Assembly: GCF_000283555.1 (NCBI RefSeq)
Contig: NC_016012.1
Coordinates: 1,350,001 to 1,382,000 of the forward strand
Source of the DNA: Candidatus Arthromitus sp. SFB-rat-Yit
GTDB taxonomy: Bacteria > Bacillota > Clostridia > Clostridiales > Clostridiaceae
Reading direction: 5' to 3'
Length of the DNA: 32,000 bases
The notes beneath the pieces were generated by a model, which saw only the letters and a program-made list of their open reading frames with translations, had not been told where the DNA came from and did not search any database. The position numbers and the translations under genes were made by a program. Shown here piece after piece: positions 28,621-32,000 of this stretch (its first letter is position 1; each line of letters starts with the position of its first letter).

Positions 28621-29565
28621 TTATTCATCACTTTGTCTTAAACTTAATCCTAAATCCTTAAGCTTCTTCTCAACTTCTTCTAGGGATTTCTTTCCTAAAT
28701 TTCTAACCTTCATCATATCTTCTAAAGACTTTTGCGCAAGTTCTTGTACTGTATTTATACCCGCTCTCTTTAAACAATTATAACTTCTAACAGAGAAATC
28801 TAATTCTTCAATAGTCATCTCAAGCACTTTTTCTTTTTTATCTTCTTCTTTCTGTACCATTACGACAACTTCATTTGCCTCTTTAGTCAAACCTAAAAAT
28901 AATTTAAAATGTTCAATTAATATTTTAGCAGAATAACTTATTGCCTCATCTACTTTTATAGAACCATTAGTCCATACTTCTATAGTTAATTTATCATAAT
29001 CCGTCACTTGACCTACACGAGTATTTTCAACAGTGAAATTAACTCTCTTTACTGGAGTGTAAATAGAATCAATAGGTATATATCCATCATTACCATCTAC
29101 TTTATTTTTATTTTGTGGTACATAACCTCTTCCTCTATTAACAGTTATCTCCATATTTAAATGTCCATCATCTTCAAGTGTTGCTATATGTAAATCTTTA
29201 TTTATAATTTCAATTCCTTCTTCTTCAATTATATCTGCTGCAGTAACTTCCTTACTTCCTTTAATATCTAAACGTAGTACTTTACTTCCTTCTTCTTCCA
29301 TCCTTAAAGCCAATTGCTTAATATTTAAAATAATTTCTGTTACATCTTCTTTAATACCTTTAATCGTAGAAAATTCATGTAATACTTCATTAATTTTTAT
29401 AGAAGTAGTTGCCACACCTGGCAAAGATGATAGTAAGATTCTTCTCAAAGAATTTCCAAGAGTCGTTCCATAACCTCTTTCTAGAGGATCAATAACATAT
29501 TTACCATATGTTCCTTGTTCATTAGATTCTATACATTCAATTTTAGGTGTTTCAATATCAAACAT
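28621..29565 (-). CDS. rpoA: DNA-directed RNA polymerase subunit alpha
   Basis: [28 protein letters not shown]-type N-terminus; C-terminal [23 protein letters not shown]. Confidence 0.98.
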   Translation of the reverse strand: MFDIETPKIECIESNEQGTYGKYVIDPLERGYGTTLGNSLRRILLSSLPGVATTSIKINEVLHEFSTIKGIKEDVTEIILNIKQLALRMEEEGSKVLRLDIKGSKEVTAADIIEEEGIEIINKDLHIATLEDDGHLNMEITVNRGRGYVPQNKNKVDGNDGYIPIDSIYTPVKRVNFTVENTRVGQVTDYDKLTIEVWTNGSIKVDEAISYSAKILIEHFKLFLGLTKEANEVVVMVQKEEDKKEKVLEMTIEELDFSVRSYNCLKRAGINTVQELAQKSLEDMMKVRNLGKKSLEEVEKKLKDLGLSLRQSDE

Positions 29566-29618
29566 ATATAATAAACCCCTCCCTTAATATATATTTTTAA
29601 GGGCATCTGATTCAAAAA

Positions 29619-30245
29619 TTATTTGCTATAAAACTCTACTATTAAAGTTTCATTAAACGGTACATTTAAATCATCCTTAGATGGTAATGATACAATTTTA
29701 CCCTTATATTTATCATCTTCTATACTAATCCATTGTGGAATCATTTTTCTATTCTCAACTAATACTTTAAACTTCTCACTTGATTTGCTTTTATCTACTA
29801 ACTCAATAATATCATCTATTTTAACAACATATGATGGTATATTAACCTTTTTCCCATTTACTAAAAAATGACCATGAGATACTAATTGACGTGCTTCTTT
29901 CCTTGAATTAGAAAATCCCAATTTATATACCACGTTATCCAATCTCATTTCAAGTAAGGTAATTAAATTTTCACCAGTAATGCCTACTTTTCTATCTGCT
30001 CTATTATATATAATTCTAAATTGTTTTTCTAATAAACCATATATTTTTTTAGCCTTCTGTTTTTCTCTTAATTGAAGTGCAAAGTTAGATAATTTTTTTC
30101 TATTCTTACCATGCTGTCCTGGTGCTCCAGCACCTTGTCTTTTGACAACAGAACACTTAGAAGAATAACATCTATCTCCCTTTAAAAATAATTTCATACC
30201 TTCTCTTCTACACAACTTACATTGTGGACCATTGTATTTAGCCAT
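29619..30245 (-). CDS. rpsD: 30S ribosomal protein S4
   Basis: [15 protein letters not shown]...[34 protein letters not shown]. Confidence 0.98.
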   Translation of the reverse strand: MAKYNGPQCKLCRREGMKLFLKGDRCYSSKCSVVKRQGAGAPGQHGKNRKKLSNFALQLREKQKAKKIYGLLEKQFRIIYNRADRKVGITGENLITLLEMRLDNVVYKLGFSNSRKEARQLVSHGHFLVNGKKVNIPSYVVKIDDIIELVDKSKSSEKFKVLVENRKMIPQWISIEDDKYKGKIVSLPSKDDLNVPFNETLIVEFYSK

Positions 30246-30259
30246 TTCACACCTCCAAA

Positions 30260-30658
30260 TTACACCCTTCTTCTCTTTGGTGGTCTACACCCATTATGAG
30301 GAATAGGTGTCACATCTTTTATTAAAGTTATTTCTAATCCAGCAGCTTGTAAGGATCTTATAGCTGCCTCTCTTCCTGATCCAGGCCCTTTAACATATAC
30401 TTCTACACTTTTAAGACCATGCTCCATAGCAACTGAAGCTGCAGTTTCAGCTGCCATTTGTGCGGCATAAGGGGTACTTTTTCTAGATCCTTTAAATCCT
30501 AATGCACCGGCACTTGACCAAGATAAAGTATTACCATTAACATCAGTCAAAGTAACAATTGAATTATTAAAAGTTGATTTTATATGTGCAGATCCTCTAT
30601 CTACATTTTTTCTATCTTTCTTGCGCTTATTAATCTTTTTAGATTTTTGTATCGCCAT
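30260..30658 (-). CDS. rpsK: 30S ribosomal protein S11
   Basis: [20 protein letters not shown]...[42 protein letters not shown]. Confidence 0.98.
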   Translation of the reverse strand: MAIQKSKKINKRKKDRKNVDRGSAHIKSTFNNSIVTLTDVNGNTLSWSSAGALGFKGSRKSTPYAAQMAAETAASVAMEHGLKSVEVYVKGPGSGREAAIRSLQAAGLEITLIKDVTPIPHNGCRPPKRRRV

Positions 30659-30675
30659 TTAAACTACTTACCTCC

Positions 30676-31044
30676 CTACTTCTTTTTATTTGCTATAGTT
30701 TTTCGTGGACCCTTAACCGTCCTTGCATTAGTTTTAGTTCTTTGACCTCTTAAAGGCAACCTTTTTCTATGTCTAATTCCCCTATAACATCCTATTTCTA
30801 TTAATCTTTTTATATTTAAAACAACGTCTCTCCTTAAATCTCCCTCTACTCTAAGATTTTTATTAATAAAATCTCTTATTAGATTGATTTGTTCCTCAGT
30901 TAAATCTTTAACTCTTATATCAGGATTTATATTTGTTTCTTTTAAAATCCTCTTAGATGTAGATAATCCTATACCATAAATATACGTCAAACTTACTTCT
31001 ACTCTCTTATCCTTAGGTATATCTATTCCAGAAATTCTAGCCAT
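30676..31044 (-). CDS. rpsM: 30S ribosomal protein S13
   Basis: [25 protein letters not shown]...[25 protein letters not shown]. Confidence 0.98.
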   Translation of the reverse strand: MARISGIDIPKDKRVEVSLTYIYGIGLSTSKRILKETNINPDIRVKDLTEEQINLIRDFINKNLRVEGDLRRDVVLNIKRLIEIGCYRGIRHRKRLPLRGQRTKTNARTVKGPRKTIANKKK

Positions 31045-31062
31045 TAAATATTCACCTCCATT

Positions 31063-31176
31063 TTATCCTTGTTTTTGTTTATGTTTTGGTGTTTCACAAA
31101 TAATCATAACTCGACCTTTTCTCTTTATAACTCTACATTTTTCACATATAGGTTTTACAGATGCTCTTATTTTCAT
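31063..31176 (-). CDS. rpmJ: 50S ribosomal protein L36 (too short for the ORF track)
   Basis: Manual translation [37 protein letters not shown], 37 aa. Confidence 0.97.
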   Translation of the reverse strand: MKIRASVKPICEKCRVIKRKGRVMIICETPKHKQKQG

Positions 31177-31194
31177 AATTATCCTCCTACAATT

Positions 31195-31413
31195 TCACTT
31201 AGCTCTCCAAGTTATCCTACCACGGGTTAAGTCGTAAGGCGACATTTCTATTTTAACTTTATCCCCAGGAATTATCCTTATAAAATTCATTCTTAATTTA
31301 CCTGAAATATGTGCAAGAATTACATGCCCACTTTCAAGCTCAACTTGAAATGTTGCATTTGGTAACGATTCTTTGACAATTCCTTGCATTTCTATAATAT
31401 CATCTTTAGCCAT
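31195..31413 (-). CDS. infA: Translation initiation factor IF-1
   Basis: [70 protein letters not shown]. Confidence 0.98.
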   Translation of the reverse strand: MAKDDIIEMQGIVKESLPNATFQVELESGHVILAHISGKLRMNFIRIIPGDKVKIEMSPYDLTRGRITWRAK

Positions 31414-31451
31414 TTACTTTAACCCTCCCTAAACAATATTTCATAATTTGC

Positions 31452-32000
31452 TTATAATGTTATAATTTCTGGATCGGAATCGGTTATAATAACAGTATTT
31501 TCGTAATGAGCAGATAAACTATTATCCATTGTCACAACCGTCCAGTTATCATCAAGTATTCTAACATGTTCCTTTCCTAAATTAACCATAGGCTCAATCG
31601 CGATAGCCATACCTTTTTTAATATAAAATCCCGTTCCTTTTCTACCAAAATTAGGAATTTCAGGTGCTTCATGTAGATCCTTGCCAATACCATGACCAGT
31701 AAAATCTCTAACTATAGAATACCCATTGTTTTCAACATATTCTTGAATGGAAAAGGATATATCACCAATCAAATATCCCTCTTTCGCATATTTAAGAGAT
31801 TGAAAAAAACTATCACGTGTAACTTCTATAAGTTTCTTAGCACTTTTTGACACATTACCTACAGCAAAGGTTCTAGCTGCATCAGCGTGAAATCCATAAA
31901 TGTTAGCCCCACAATCTACACTAACTATATCGCCATCTTCAATAATTAGATCAGAAGGAATACCATGTATAACCTGATTATTTACAGATATACATAATGT
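31452..32000 (-). CDS. map: Type I methionine aminopeptidase (partial, 5' end beyond window)
   Basis: TLCISVNNQVIHGIPSDLIIEDGDIVSVDCGANIYGFHADAARTF... in frame to base 32000; FTGHGIGKDLHEAPEIPNF, AIEPMVNLG; track ORF is only the internal GTG-started portion. Confidence 0.96.
   Translation of the reverse strand, partial: TLCISVNNQVIHGIPSDLIIEDGDIVSVDCGANIYGFHADAARTFAVGNVSKSAKKLIEVTRDSFFQSLKYAKEGYLIGDISFSIQEYVENNGYSIVRDFTGHGIGKDLHEAPEIPNFGRKGTGFYIKKGMAIAIEPMVNLGKEHVRILDDNWTVVTMDNSLSAHYENTVIITDSDPEIITL

Noticed and set aside
24487-28783. Plus-strand ORFs 24487..24696, 25526..25714, 28020..28247 and 28595..28783
   Set aside because: Antisense to rplM, truA, ecfA1 and rpoA; no support.
1-32000. 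CRISPR array, transposase, phage, toxin-antitoxin or restriction system
   Set aside because: No regularly spaced repeats, transposase or integrase motifs, or recognisable defence genes seen. All recognised genes are metabolic, regulatory or translational.

Overview
AT-rich Firmicutes/clostridial chromosomal window; the gene order resembles Peptostreptococcaceae-type genomes (inference). The left edge is one very large minus-strand ORF (from 5484 to beyond base 1). The ORF track misses it because its stop lies outside the window. It encodes an NdvB-like cyclic beta-glucan synthase homolog. Next is adhE, with a tandem Rex-like operator over its promoter, followed by a WarA/KamB-like 16S rRNA methyltransferase, an AbgT-type transporter and a Cof-like HAD phosphatase. 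A minus-strand cluster then runs cdaA-cdaR-(four-subunit 2-oxoacid:ferredoxin oxidoreductase)-glmM. Two uncharacterised envelope proteins (plus strand) are divergent from cdaA. After these come trxA, iadA (apparently with a non-canonical ATT start), ptsI, a small conserved-looking protein and cwlD. The right end is the conserved translation block rpsI-rplM-truA-ecfT-ecfA2-ecfA1-rplQ-rpoA-rpsD-rpsK-rpsM-rpmJ-infA-map(partial). I found no CRISPR array, phage, transposon or clear defence system. The most interesting items are the operator architecture at adhE, the oxidoreductase genes embedded in the c-di-AMP/glmM cluster, the orphan envelope gene pair, the start of iadA, and possible RNA leader elements.
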